A stretch of 64,000 bases of DNA from Gracilinanus agilis (Eukaryota), in the NCBI RefSeq assembly GCF_016433145.1, contig NC_058131.1, positions 176,286,924 to 176,350,923 of the forward strand, written 5' to 3'. Each line of letters starts with the position of its first letter. The stretch's first letter is position 1. This document shows, one piece after another, positions 52,371 through 63,527 of this stretch. A program made the translations under genes and the position numbers. The notes under the pieces are model-generated. The model was not told the DNA's origin. It was given only the letters and a program-made list of their open reading frames with translations, and did no database searches.

Positions 52371-53244
52371 CAACACAATGTAAGCTCTCTAATTTTAAAT
52401 GCTGCCTCTCTTGATACAATCTAAAATTATATTAAGATGTTTGCTTACCATATCACCTTGACTTCAGTAGAATCTGGAGTCAACTAAACCCCCCCAAAAA
52501 ATTTAAGATAACAGTTAGTCATACTTCATTTTATTTTTTAAAATTAGTTTTTTAACCCCAAATATTAAACTTTATATTTCTGCATACTAAAGTTTAGTTG
52601 TTTATATTGGTCCTCTCTTTTTTTCCACTTCAGTTATTTTTGCATCTGATTTGGTCATGAGACAGCCAAAATACATAACAGATTAAATACTAAACCTGGA
52701 GTAGAGGATGCTGGAGTCCAATCTTGCCTAAAATATTGTTCACTAAGCAATGTTGAGCAAATCTCATAACCTTTTGAGTTTTATTTTCCTCATCTAGAAA
52801 TTGGAAATTATATCACGGTATTTTTCTCACAGAGTCAATGGGAGGATAAAATGAAAAATCTGGGAAACAGTTTGAAAACATTAAAGCAATTACTCAGTCA
52901 ACAAGCCTTTACTAAATGCTTACTGTCAGGTACTATGCTAAGAGTTAGGGATACAAATATATGTAAAAGAGAAAGACATTAGATATATATAGAGAGAGAT
53001 GCATGTTATATGTTTTATACATATTACATTAAGGTGTATATGTATAAATGGAATATGAAAATATATATTTATATAATGGGTTTTGTGCATATTAACATAG
53101 AATAATCTACAACATAAAATATATTATCAAAGACCAACAAGCATGGTCTTTGAAATATAGATAAATATAAGTATAGATATAGATAGATGTAGATATCAAA
53201 GACCACAAATGAAAACAGGTCTTCCTAATCCTGACTTCCTAACC

Positions 53245-53810
53245 CTACTCTCTCTAGACAAAGTAAGCACCATAAAAAGATAGTCATTTCTCTGTACTGT
53301 GCCCTGGTTAGACTACACCTGGAGTTTTTTTTTTAATTCAGAGTAATATAATTTTTTTAAATAAATCAATAAAATAATAAGCATTCATAGGAGAGTGACC
53401 ATCTGGAGGAACTGGAGATATAAGTCTGAGGAAGAGAAGGCTTAGGTGAAACATAGCTGACTTTAAACATCTGTAGATTCATCATGGGCAAAAGGAATTA
53501 TACTTATGTATTCTGCTAGCCCCAAATAAACCAGTTAGGAAAAGTGGGTAGAAATTTCAAGGAGTCCCATTTAGAAATGACGAAAAGTCTACCGACAGTT
53601 GGATCTATCCAGAAATAGAATGGGATTCTTCAGGATATATGGGCAATGAACACATATATGAGACAAAATGTTCCCCTCAATAAAGGTCTTCCAGAAGAGG
53701 TCAGATGACTACCTGTTGAATTTGTTGTAGGAGTCTGATTATGGTACTGTTTGTGCATGATGGCTATTGTGGTGCCTTCTGACTCTGAGGTTTATAGGAT
53801 CATAGAATCA
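53245..53810 (+). mobile_element. L3/CR1 3' end
   Basis: TCTGTACTGTGCCCTGGTTAGACTACACCTGGAGT (LYCALVRLHLE, CR1 motif LY.ALVRPHLEY) and a CR1 3' tail ending TCTGAGGTTTATAGGATCATAG. Confidence 0.75.
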
Positions 53811-54269
53811 TACAGAGTTGAAAAGAACCTTAGAAATTATTGAGAGTAACCCCTTCATTTTACAGATAAGAGAATGGAATGTTAGATAAGTTAAGTGACT
53901 TGCCCATATCCCATAGCTACCTAGTTTAAGAAGCTGAATTCAAAACCAGGTTTTCCTGACTCCTGTGTCATTTATTGTGTACTTATTGCTAGACTCCAAA
54001 GGATTTTTTAAATGGTTCTTTTCTTCAAAGAGTCAATAATCTAAGCACAGGGAAAACCAAATATATATACAAGGTGCCTAATAAATATCTGTTGAATTCA
54101 CCTGAGCCAAAGCAAATGTAAATGAAACAATCAGAGAACAATGAAGTGCTAAATTGTATGAGAAAGCAATAGCAGGTCAGAGAAGGAGGAGATTAATATG
54201 TACTGGAATAAATGGAGAAGATAGCCTCGAGATGGTACACTTGGCCTTAAAGGATGGATGTAATATATA

Positions 54270-55158
54270 ACTCACCATTCTCCAAATGGATGAATGGCCT
54301 AAATATAAAAAGGTCACAGTGCAAAAGAAAGATAGAGGAAAAGAAAAGAAATTTATTTTATATCTGTGATTATAGGGAGAAATTTTAATGAAGCAAATGT
54401 ATACTTAGTGATTATAAAAAACAAACAGACTTGGATGATATAAAATTTAAAATTTCTTGTGTAAACAAAATAAATACAGCTAGAATAAGAGAAGCTATTG
54501 TTGGAAGAAAAATATTTTTATCAATCTCTCTGATAAAAGTTTGATACAAGATATAGAGTGAATTGATAAAAAAAAATACAAAGTAGAATTTTCCAAAAAG
54601 TACATATAGTATTCAAAGAAGAAGGAAAAGGCTGTTTTCAAAGAAAGATCAAATAATTATTACCAATATGAGGAAATTATTCAAATTACTACTAGTCAGA
54701 GAAATATAAAATAAAACAACTCCGAGGTCTAACCTCATATCCATTCAATTGTCGAAAATGGCAAAAGAAATAAATGCAATGTTGGAAGGAGTATACAAAT
54801 GTGAATATATTAAGACACTGTCGGTGGGGTTGCAATTTGATCCAATTATTCTGGAAAACAATTGAAATCTTGAGAGAAACGTGTCTATATTGTTTATAAC
54901 CTTTGAACCACCAAATCTGTTACTGAAATTCTGGCCCAAAGAAATAAACGCTAAAAATAAAGGTTTTATATAGTAAATTGTTCACAATAGCATATTTCAT
55001 AGTAGAGGAAAAAAGAAACGAAGTGAGTGTCCATTGATTAGTGAATGGCTAAAGAAATTGTGGTTTATAAATGCAATAGGAATTATTGCCCCATAAGAAA
55101 TGCTAAATGAGTAATTCTATGAAATATAAGAATATAACTAATGTAAATAGATGAAGAG
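54270..55158 (+). mobile_element. Old L1 ORF2 C-terminal region (resumes briefly at ~55544-55580)
   Basis: Decayed L1 ORF2 3' sequence (GTCAGAGAAATATAAAATAAAACAACTCCGAGG..., CCATTGATTAGTGAATGGCTAAAGAAATTGTGG). Confidence 0.8.
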
Positions 55159-55543
55159 AAGATTCTTTCTCATCATCTAGCCATCTTTTCCCCTTGAGAA
55201 GTACATGTCTGACACCTACTTGCCAGAATCCTCAGTTGTGACTGCATAAGTGATGACTCTTTTACCTATGAAGAATCCTAAATTGTAAGTTCTGCTACCA
55301 TACCTGAAAGACAAGCCATTGCCTCTGCTGCCCAGTGGAATGTGCCAAGTGTGCCCAGGGCTATGAGTACAAAACCTCTCAGAATGACAAATGTATCTGC
55401 TGTCACTTACGTTCCCCTTTTCTATACTTGTAAATAGAGGAATCTGTTCAGACCTGTCTATACACCACAAACATGTTTTCTATTCTTTTTTTCTTCTGTG
55501 AAATGTGTGAATGGAAATAAAAATCATTGAATATTCCCCAAAA
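55159..55543 (+). pseudogene. MT: Metallothionein processed pseudogene (retrocopy)
   Basis: Intronless. 55237-55278 reads C-D-C-I-S-D-D-S-F-T-Y-E-E-S. After a -1 shift, 55284-55406 reads CKFCYHT*KTSHCLCCPVECAKCAQGYEYKTSQNDKCICCH, matching the MT alpha domain CKKSCCSCCPxGCAKCAQGCVCK...KCSCCH. ATG and stop are both degraded (stop read as TTA at 55407). The 3'UTR is MT-like (TATTCTTTTTTTCTTCTGTGAAATGTGTGAATGGAAATAAAA) with AATAAA at 55516-55521, and there is a degenerate TSD. Confidence 0.9.
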
Positions 55544-55626
55544 TAAATGATACAGAGTAAAGAGCAGAATTATGAGAAAAGAAGAATAGATGGAAAGTTT
55601 AAGGATGGAATTGGCTCTCTTATTAT

Positions 55627-55673
55627 GAAGGAAGGAAGGAAGGAAGGAAGGAAGGAAGGAAGGAAGGAAGGAA
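55627..55673. repeat. (GGAA)n microsatellite running into assembly gap 55674-56202
   Basis: Read directly. Confidence 0.95.
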
Positions 55674-56202
55674 NNNNNNNNNNNNNNNNNNNNNNNNNNN
55701 NNNNNNNNNNNNNNNNNNNNNNNNNNNNNNNNNNNNNNNNNNNNNNNNNNNNNNNNNNNNNNNNNNNNNNNNNNNNNNNNNNNNNNNNNNNNNNNNNNNN
55801 NNNNNNNNNNNNNNNNNNNNNNNNNNNNNNNNNNNNNNNNNNNNNNNNNNNNNNNNNNNNNNNNNNNNNNNNNNNNNNNNNNNNNNNNNNNNNNNNNNNN
55901 NNNNNNNNNNNNNNNNNNNNNNNNNNNNNNNNNNNNNNNNNNNNNNNNNNNNNNNNNNNNNNNNNNNNNNNNNNNNNNNNNNNNNNNNNNNNNNNNNNNN
56001 NNNNNNNNNNNNNNNNNNNNNNNNNNNNNNNNNNNNNNNNNNNNNNNNNNNNNNNNNNNNNNNNNNNNNNNNNNNNNNNNNNNNNNNNNNNNNNNNNNNN
56101 NNNNNNNNNNNNNNNNNNNNNNNNNNNNNNNNNNNNNNNNNNNNNNNNNNNNNNNNNNNNNNNNNNNNNNNNNNNNNNNNNNNNNNNNNNNNNNNNNNNN
56201 NN

Positions 56203-56725
56203 CTATTTGGGTTTTTGTTGTGTCCAATTCTTCATGACTCCATGGACCTTAGTAAGCCAGGCCTTTCTATCCTCCACTATCCCTCAAAATTTCCTCAAGT
56301 TCGTGTTTGTTGTTTTCATGACACAATCTGTCCATTTTAACCTCTGCTTTTCCCTTCTCCTTTTGTCTTCAATCTTTTGCAGCATCAGGGCCTTTTCCAT
56401 TGAATTTTTTCTTCTCATTATGTGATCAAAGCATTTAAGCTTCAACTTCAGTGTTTGACCTTCTAAGGAATAAATGTTGATTCCATACACTCAGCTTTCC
56501 TTATATTCCAACTCTCATAACCATACCATCATACTGGGAAAAAACATAGTTTTGACTATTTATATCTTTGTTGGCAAAGTGATATCTCTGCTTTTTATTA
56601 GCTGTCCAGATTTGTCATAGTTTTCTATCCAAGGAGCAAATGTTTTTTAATTTCATGGCTGTAGTTGCTATGTGAGGTGATCTTTTAGCCCAGGTCTATA
56701 AAATTTGATGCAACTTCCATTTCTT
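56203..56725 (-). mobile_element. RTE (BovB-like) LINE 3' part, antisense
   Basis: The minus strand translates to SHEIKKHLLLG.KTMTNLDS..SRDITLPTKI and YSLEGQTLKLKLKCFDHIMRRKNSMEKALMLQKIEDKRRREKQRLKW, matching the BovB RT C-terminal region. Confidence 0.9.
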
Positions 56726-56881
56726 CTCCCTCTGTTTACAAATGAAAATGAAAATGTTCTAATTTTGCACATTAAGTGGCCTCTTTCAGTTGAGACACTG
56801 ACAGAGTTTGGAGAGTTACAAGAGAGAGCTATATTAATCTACACTTGCTCATTGATGAAGTATCAAGAATTAACAGTGCTG

Positions 56882-57080
56882 ACAGCAGCAAGGTAACTCA
56901 GGGAATAAAGAGCCAGACCTAAATACGAGAAGTCCTGGGTTCAAATATGGCCTCAGACACTTCCTAGCTGTGTGTCCCTGGCAAATCTCTGAAAGCCCAT
57001 TGCCTAACTATTGCCACTCTTTTGCCTTAGAACCAATATGTAGTATTAATTCTAAGAGGGAAGGTAATTTTTTTTTTTAA
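56882..57080 (+). mobile_element. Older SINE-1-like CORE-SINE
   Basis: GGTAACTCAGGGAATAAAGAGCCAGACC...GGGTTCAAATATGGCCTCAGACACTTCCTAGCTG...TTAGAACCAATATGTAGTATT. Confidence 0.85.
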
Positions 57081-57683
57081 GAATTAATTATGCTACACAC
57101 AAACATTAAGAAATCCACTTTCTGGCTATAATTGCACTACAGAATGATTTCTAGACACAGGTCAAGAAAAGACAGGAAATTTTCCTACCCCAGTTTGGTC
57201 ACATATTTATCTCGAGTACAATATGATCAAAGGAAAATGCCAACAAATCAGGTTGCATGCTTTGATAGTTCAAGCACCCAAAAGGATGTTGTAACTTACT
57301 TATATAGATGTTTTTTCTCTGGAGGGAGGCAGGAAAAAGTTTGAGTTGTAATTTCACACAAATATAACTGATCTAGAATTAAAGATATTCTGTAGTTGAT
57401 CATATGAGTTCGCATGTGATATTTCTAATGTAGGAATGCAATGTTTTCAGAAATTATGCCACAGCCTTTACAACATATCTGTTGATATGGAGACATGGTC
57501 GATGTGGACATATGGACTTATGCTCTGGAGTCTCAGAAGATGGAGAAAACAAAGAGGCCAACAATTAATTAGAACAACTGAAAAATAATTTGAGAGGCTT
57601 ACAACCTAACTATGAATAGCTCTGTTAAATATGTGTCAGTCAAAAGGATACTTGAGTTCTTTTTCAAGGTCTTAAGTGGATTG

Positions 57684-58121
57684 GCTATGGGAGGTGGGGT
57701 AGGAGGAGGGGAGGGAAAGAATAAAAACATTTTTAAAATTAAATAAAAAACATAAAATAATAAAATACTTTTTAAAAATTGTTCTTTGAGCCCAAGAATA
57801 TAAAATCTGACTCTACTTTCTTATCTTCTCCTTCTGTTTGATAGGAAGTTATGGGGCCAATTTCCAAGGTTTTTTTTTTAATATACTAAGCCTTAAACAA
57901 GCTTTTTTTGCACCAATTGATATAATGTATGGTTTTTGTTATTAATATAATCAATTATATTGATAGTTTTTGCTATATTGAAATATCCCTGAATTCCTGG
58001 TATAAATCCTGTTAAGTCACAATGTATAATATTTATGATATATTGTTGAAGCATCCTATCTATATTTTATTTGGAATTTTTATATCCATATTCACTGACA
58101 AAATGACCTATAATTTAAAAA
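57684..58121 (+). mobile_element. TSD-bounded insert: L1 3' tail plus unrelated sequence plus A-tract
   Basis: 18-bp TSD AAGGTCTTAAGTGGATTG (57666-57683) / AAGATCTTAAGTGGATTG (58122-58139). Inside: a G-rich L1 3' tail, then an antisense L1 ORF2 fragment (~57900-58095). Confidence 0.65.
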
Positions 58122-59092
58122 AAGATCTTAAGTGGATTGATTGAGTTCTAAGAAATTTTCTTTTGCATTGAACGCACAATGGAGCAGACAAATGGGAAAT
58201 CATTTCATGCCAAGTAGTTGAAAGTTTCTACAACTTTCCATTCTACAAAATAACCCAAAGAATGGTTAGAGTACTGAAAATAAAATATATCAGAACAAAA
58301 CTATTACCTATTGGGCAGTTAGACAGACTCTTTCATGAGTAGATGGAAAAAATGGAAAATTAGGCAGGTTCAAAGAAGAACCATGTCACAAGTTATGGAT
58401 TGCAAATTATAACTGCAAATATGAGTTAGAAGAGGGAGAGACTGAGTGTTGACAAATTCACAAGTATCAAGAAATTTATCCAGATTTGTTATGACCCTAG
58501 GAGGATCTTTATTCATATAGGAGAGAATGTATCAATGTTGACACAACCCATTTCTTGCCCATTTCCCAAGTTGTGTAGAAATCTAGGTAACAGAAGAAGC
58601 CCACAGAGTACAACAGCAAGAATCAGCCTGAGCCATCCATAAGGCCAGGACTAGAACTACAAGTTAGGAGCTCTGAGGATACTCACAGAGGGTCTGACAC
58701 ATATTTTTCTTGTCTAATACTGTTGTGGTGAAGATATTTAATGAGAAACGGGCACTCATCAAGCCCAGAGTACAAGATAATCATCCTGAACCATCTACAA
58801 ATTCATGATTATGATTGCATGGTAGTGGGTCTGAGCCTGCTGACAAGCAACCAGAGACATCCACATGCTACAGAGATTATAGGGAAGTGTCAGCCCTACT
58901 AGTAGGTGATAAAATTTACATGTGATGCTTTGGGGAACGTGGAAGTTATGACCCATGAAGCCAAATTATATTGGTTGTCACAATGGTGTGCTTTTTGAGT
59001 ATAACTGTAATAGTTACTATTATAGGCTGCTTTTGACTTATGTGTTTGCTAGGCAATGTATTCTTATTAATGTGTTAAGCATTATTGCTTAT

Positions 59093-59325
59093 TGTTGTCT
59101 AGTCATTTCAGTAGTGTCTAACTCTTTGTGATACCATTTGGGGTTCTCCTGGCAAAGATACTAGAGTGGTTTGCCATTTCCTTCTTTAGCTCATTTTATA
59201 GATGAAGAAATTGAGACAAACAAGGTTAAATGACTTGCCCAGGGTCACAGAGCTAGCAAGTGTCTGATACCAGATTGGAACTCAGGTCTTTCTGACTCCA
59301 GCCCTGGTGCTCTATCTACTGCCCC
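59093..59325 (-). mobile_element. Mar1-type CORE-SINE, antisense
   Basis: TTGTTGTCTAGTCATTTCAGTAGTGTCTAACTCTTTGTGA...GAGTGGTTTGCCATTTCCTTCT...CATTTTATAGATGAAGAAATTGAG. Confidence 0.85.
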
Positions 59326-59547
59326 AAGCATTATTGCTAGATATGCTATTATGCAACATTATGCAATTAATATTGCTATAAGTACCTGCTGTACATTTCT
59401 GCATGTGAACTGTGTATCCCACCTCTGATGCTTACTATATATGTGACTGGAGAGGAAATCACTCACCCTTCCTGAGACTCAGTTTCATCATCTGTAGGAT
59501 GAGGGAAATGGAATAGATGACCTCTGAGGTACCTTCTTGCTCTACAT

Positions 59548-59883
59548 CAATGATTCCCAAAGTGGGCACCACCGCCCCCTGGAGGGTGCTGCAGTGATCC
59601 AGAGGGGCAGTGATGGGAACAGGTGAATTTGGGATTTCAAATGTTTTAACTTTTTTATATTACATTCTATTCTGAGTTCAATAAATAGTTTCATAATTTC
59701 AAAGTTCAATGTTTCTAATTTACACCTTTCTTTACTATATTTTACGAAAAAGGTAGAAACATTAATATATATATCTTTCCTATTAATTACTATTAAAATA
59801 AAAAAAATAATTTCCAGGGGCACTAAGTAATATTTTTTTTCTGGAAATGGGGCGGTAGGCCAAAAAAAGTTTGGGAACCACTG
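59548..59883 (+). mobile_element. hAT (Charlie-like) MITE, 336-bp variant of the 49851 element
   Basis: TIRs CAATGATTCCCAAAG and GTTTGGGAACCACTG. 8-bp TSD CTCTACAT (59540-59547) / ATCTACAT (59884-59891). Inserted into the tail of a MIR3/Ther-2-type SINE. Confidence 0.9.
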
Positions 59884-60042
59884 ATCTACATCTATGGTCC
59901 TCCAATCATTAAGGTGCTTTCCACTCCAGATCAATGAATATACTTGGAAACTAAATATTAACTTGTTTTGTGACATTGTTTTCTAGTGTGGGTTTTGAAG
60001 TGTTGTGGCTGGGGGAACTGCATCCCAGCCCTGCTTCTTGGT

Positions 60043-60218
60043 GTGGGATTGGTCTTAAATGGACCAATCCTGTCCTGGGAGGGACCACACCCCCCTACTT
60101 CCTAGTGTGGGATTGGTCTTGAATTGGACCAAACCCATGCTAGGGAGGGAACACCCCCCCCCACTTCCAGGAGTGGGATTGGTCTATATAAGGACCAATC
60201 CCATGCCTGGGAGGGAAC
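60043..60218 (+). repeat. Three tandem 64-66-bp units, each carrying a palindrome GGATTGGTC-N7-8-GACCAATCC; probable LTR U3 region
   Basis: Units start at 60043, 60107 and 60173. AATAAA follows at 60294-60299. The LTR assignment is inferred and its boundaries are unclear. Confidence 0.85.
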
Positions 60219-62044
60219 TTTGAATAGAACTGGATTCAAAGTTGAGAGAGGTAGTTAATTTCAACTGGGGGAAACTCTGGTTGCCTTTTCTTTAATAAAG
60301 TTTTAAAAAATGGTCAAAGGAAAGTTTTTTTCTTCTAGCATCCTCACTATTATACTGATATCTGTGCCTGTATTTTTAAAATACATCATCTTGTCATATA
60401 TTCCAATGGATATATATTATATTTGTTCCATGCACCAATTCTAATGCTATGAATTTCTAACCTGAATGCCGTGTTTTAAATATCTGTATGTGCATCCTAC
60501 TATGCAGTTTGATGTTATGTGTTAACTTATGTAGCTTGAGATCAACACCTATAAAAATGTATGTGTACTCCAGAGAACTGCATTTTCTCTACTGGGGGGA
60601 GAATGTAGAATTTTCCTAAGGTCAGAACAGAGCACACAAGTAATCAGTCTTCACTGAAGATGGATATGCTTAAGAAAAATAAGAACATCTGTCATTTATT
60701 TGGAATAGAGGAGGGAACAAATATTGAACACAAGACCTGAGGTAAGAGAGGCCTATGAAATGCTGTCAGATCCCCAATGAGTCTTTAACTGAGAAACCCT
60801 GGCAACCACTGGCAAAGAGGATGGATGTTTATTTTAGGAAATAAGGGAGATCAAGCTCTAGCTTCATCTCTGCTCTATTGTTTTGAAAGCATGGTACCCA
60901 GAGCTAAAATGAGAGCTCCAGAGGATCCCTCCCTCTCTATCTCCATGAAAAGCTTTCACATTCAGGGGGAAAGGAAGGATAAGTGGAGAATTGAGGAAAG
61001 TGCTATAAAAAGACTCACGTGGGACAAATTTATCCAGCAATGACAGGTTGTGTGAAGATGATGTGGGATTGTCAGACTCTTTTATGATCCCTTCCTTCAG
61101 CCTGGCTCATCCACGTTTTGAAGGCGCACACAGCCCAATTGGCGAAGCAGCCTTGAAATCAATTGACAGAGCAGGGGAAGTATTAATAGCATCTGCAGCC
61201 ACAAGACACTCTGCTACTGTGAGATTTGTTGTAGGGCAAAAATGACAGTCATATAACAACATCTTATTGATATGGGCTTCCCAAACAGTGTTGGAACTAA
61301 GGATGGATACCTCTGACAGCAAGTGGCGGCAACACAGGTTAGGGATTTGATGGAGCAAGCAGGCCTACAAATGAAGTGGTACAAGAGGAGAAATGGACAA
61401 AGACTGTGGCACTTAAGGAAGGAAGTAGGTCAGACACAAGGCTCTTATGATGGATGTAGAATGTGTTACACTCAGCTAAGTAAGTACCATTCATCATTTA
61501 CTTTTTTTTTTTTTAGTCTCCCTTAGCATATACCAATCAACAGCTCAGCCACTTCTTATTAAGCATCCATTGATGCAGCTAGTACTTAACACTGAATGGG
61601 CTCTGCAGGAATCTTCTGATTATGATTATCAATAATGATTGATTAAAGTGGAATAGAATCTATCTGATTGTGGAGGTGTGATTCAGAAAAGCAAATTAAG
61701 TAGCTATCAGATTCATACTGTTTATGAGAAAAATTACTAATAATAATGGCAAAAAGCAAATTGGTTCAGAAGTTAGTCAAAGTTTATTGATTCACTACTT
61801 TGAGCTTATGATATCACCTTTCAATTGGAGGGCTGACAAAACCATCACCTTAATATAATCTGAGGTATTGATTTGATCTTTCTAAGGGAGAAAAGCTCTA
61901 TAAGGGACTGTGTAGTCAAATGCATAAATCAAACCAGAATATGGTCTTAATATGCTATAAATACAGTTCAGCACTTCTTTGATTTGCTGCATTGTAGAAT
62001 TTTTCCACCTTGAAAGAGTTTAGATTCACTTGAATTTCATCTGC

Positions 62045-62450
62045 TAGATATTACCAACATGTATTTTTTTTTGCTGGCATGTGTAACCTAAAATGTCCAA
62101 AACTGAACCCAACATCTTCCCCCCTTGAATTCTTCCTTTCTCCAAACTGATATCTCCATTGAAGGCATCCCCATCCTTCCAAACAAATAGTTTCATAATG
62201 TCAGAGTCCATTCTGCCTTCTTTAATATCCCCTACATTTGTCACCAATTTTTTATTCACACTGGAACTTCTCTAAATCTGACTTTCATGATCTCTCATCT
62301 ACACTAAATAGCCCCTTAATTGATCTTCTATCTCAATTCTCTCCTCTCAATAACCAGTCTTTCACATAGCTATCAAAATAATCCACCTAAGGCATCTGTT
62401 TTACTGGATCATTCATTTACTCTAAAATGTTCAATGACTTTCTATTACCT
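62045..62450 (+). mobile_element. L2 fragment
   Basis: CCTAAAATGTCCAAAACTGAACCCAACATCTTCCCC...GAAGGCATCCCCATCCTTCCA resembles the L2 3' body. Confidence 0.7.
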
Positions 62451-63527
62451 ACAGAATTCAATTCAAAATACATTTATTAAATTTCTTCTACATGTTGAAT
62501 ATTGGCAGAGTATACTACTAGCATTAAGAATAGAAAGAGGAAGAAAATGTCCTTACCCTCAGAAAGTTTATAATCTGCTGGGAAGTCTGACATGTTAGCA
62601 TATATGCAAATGTAAGACAATGTAAGAAAAGAGGGAACACAACACCAGCAACTGAGTAGGAAGGTATGGTGAGTTCAAGAAAGGGAGTAGAGACAAGAAA
62701 AGATTAATATAATAGACCCCGCGTCAACCTGGGAAGAAAGTTGGGGATTCTTCAAAGTATGGTCATAATGAAAGGAGCATAAGAAAAAGTACCCAAAAAG
62801 GGAGATTGGATACTAAGTTTTAGAAATTGCTAGTTGACCATTTTGGATGAAATGTAGAAAGCGTAAGGAGAAATATTATGAAATAAGTATGAAAGACAGG
62901 TGGAACTCAGATTGAGAAAGATGATACTAAGAAATTTATATTTAATTCTAAAGGCAATAAGGAATAAGGCATCACTAAAGATTTTTAAGCACAAGAGTGA
63001 CATGGCCAGAAAATGTGTCATATATTTGGGAGATGTGTAGAGAATTGAATGTGAGGGAAGAGACTGGAAGCTGAAGAGACTACTGAAATAGTGAAACCTA
63101 AAAACAAACTCCTTTATCATTTAAGAACATCCACAGTCTTGCTCCAATCTGTTTTTCTAGTTTTGTTTCACATTACTTGCAATTATAGAATCTGTCTCCC
63201 CCCCCCCTGTTTTATAGATGAGGAAATTGAAATCCAGAAAACTAAATGCATTGTCAAAAGTTACATGGATCATAAGTGTAGAGTCAGGGTACAAATGGAA
63301 ATCCTCTGATTCCAAATTCAGAGTTCATTTTTGATGTCACACTTCTCTGATCCTCTGATCTGATCTCACATCCCGAATATTCAAACAATACTCATGCAAG
63401 GATACATGCCCATTTTATTCCAACAAATACAGAAAACCAGGGATCCTTGATTCAAATGTCCTCATCCCAATTAATGTAGCTAGAAAGATTGATGAATGAT
63501 ACCTTTATCATTCAAAAATACCTCATT

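Noticed and set aside
55448-56425. 259- and 292-aa ORFs
   Set aside because: They are open only because they cross 529 N and a (GGAA)n tract.
57130-58720. Long ancient CR1-like LINE
   Set aside because: Only faint hints (KLGQVQRR-like at ~58340, FKILSG-like at the 57666 TSD); too decayed to call without an HMM search.
59542-59976. 144-aa minus-strand ORF as a possible transposase remnant
   Set aside because: It runs through both TIRs of a 336-bp MITE and has no transposase motifs.
60043-60243. CRISPR array (palindromic repeats at regular spacing)
   Set aside because: The intervening sequences are homologous to each other rather than unique spacers, there are only three units, no cas genes are present, and the context is a mammalian genome.
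61260-61283. UBA-domain-like peptide HLIDMGFP
   Set aside because: The frame has nearby stops, the rest of the UBA pattern is missing, and there are no convincing splice sites.
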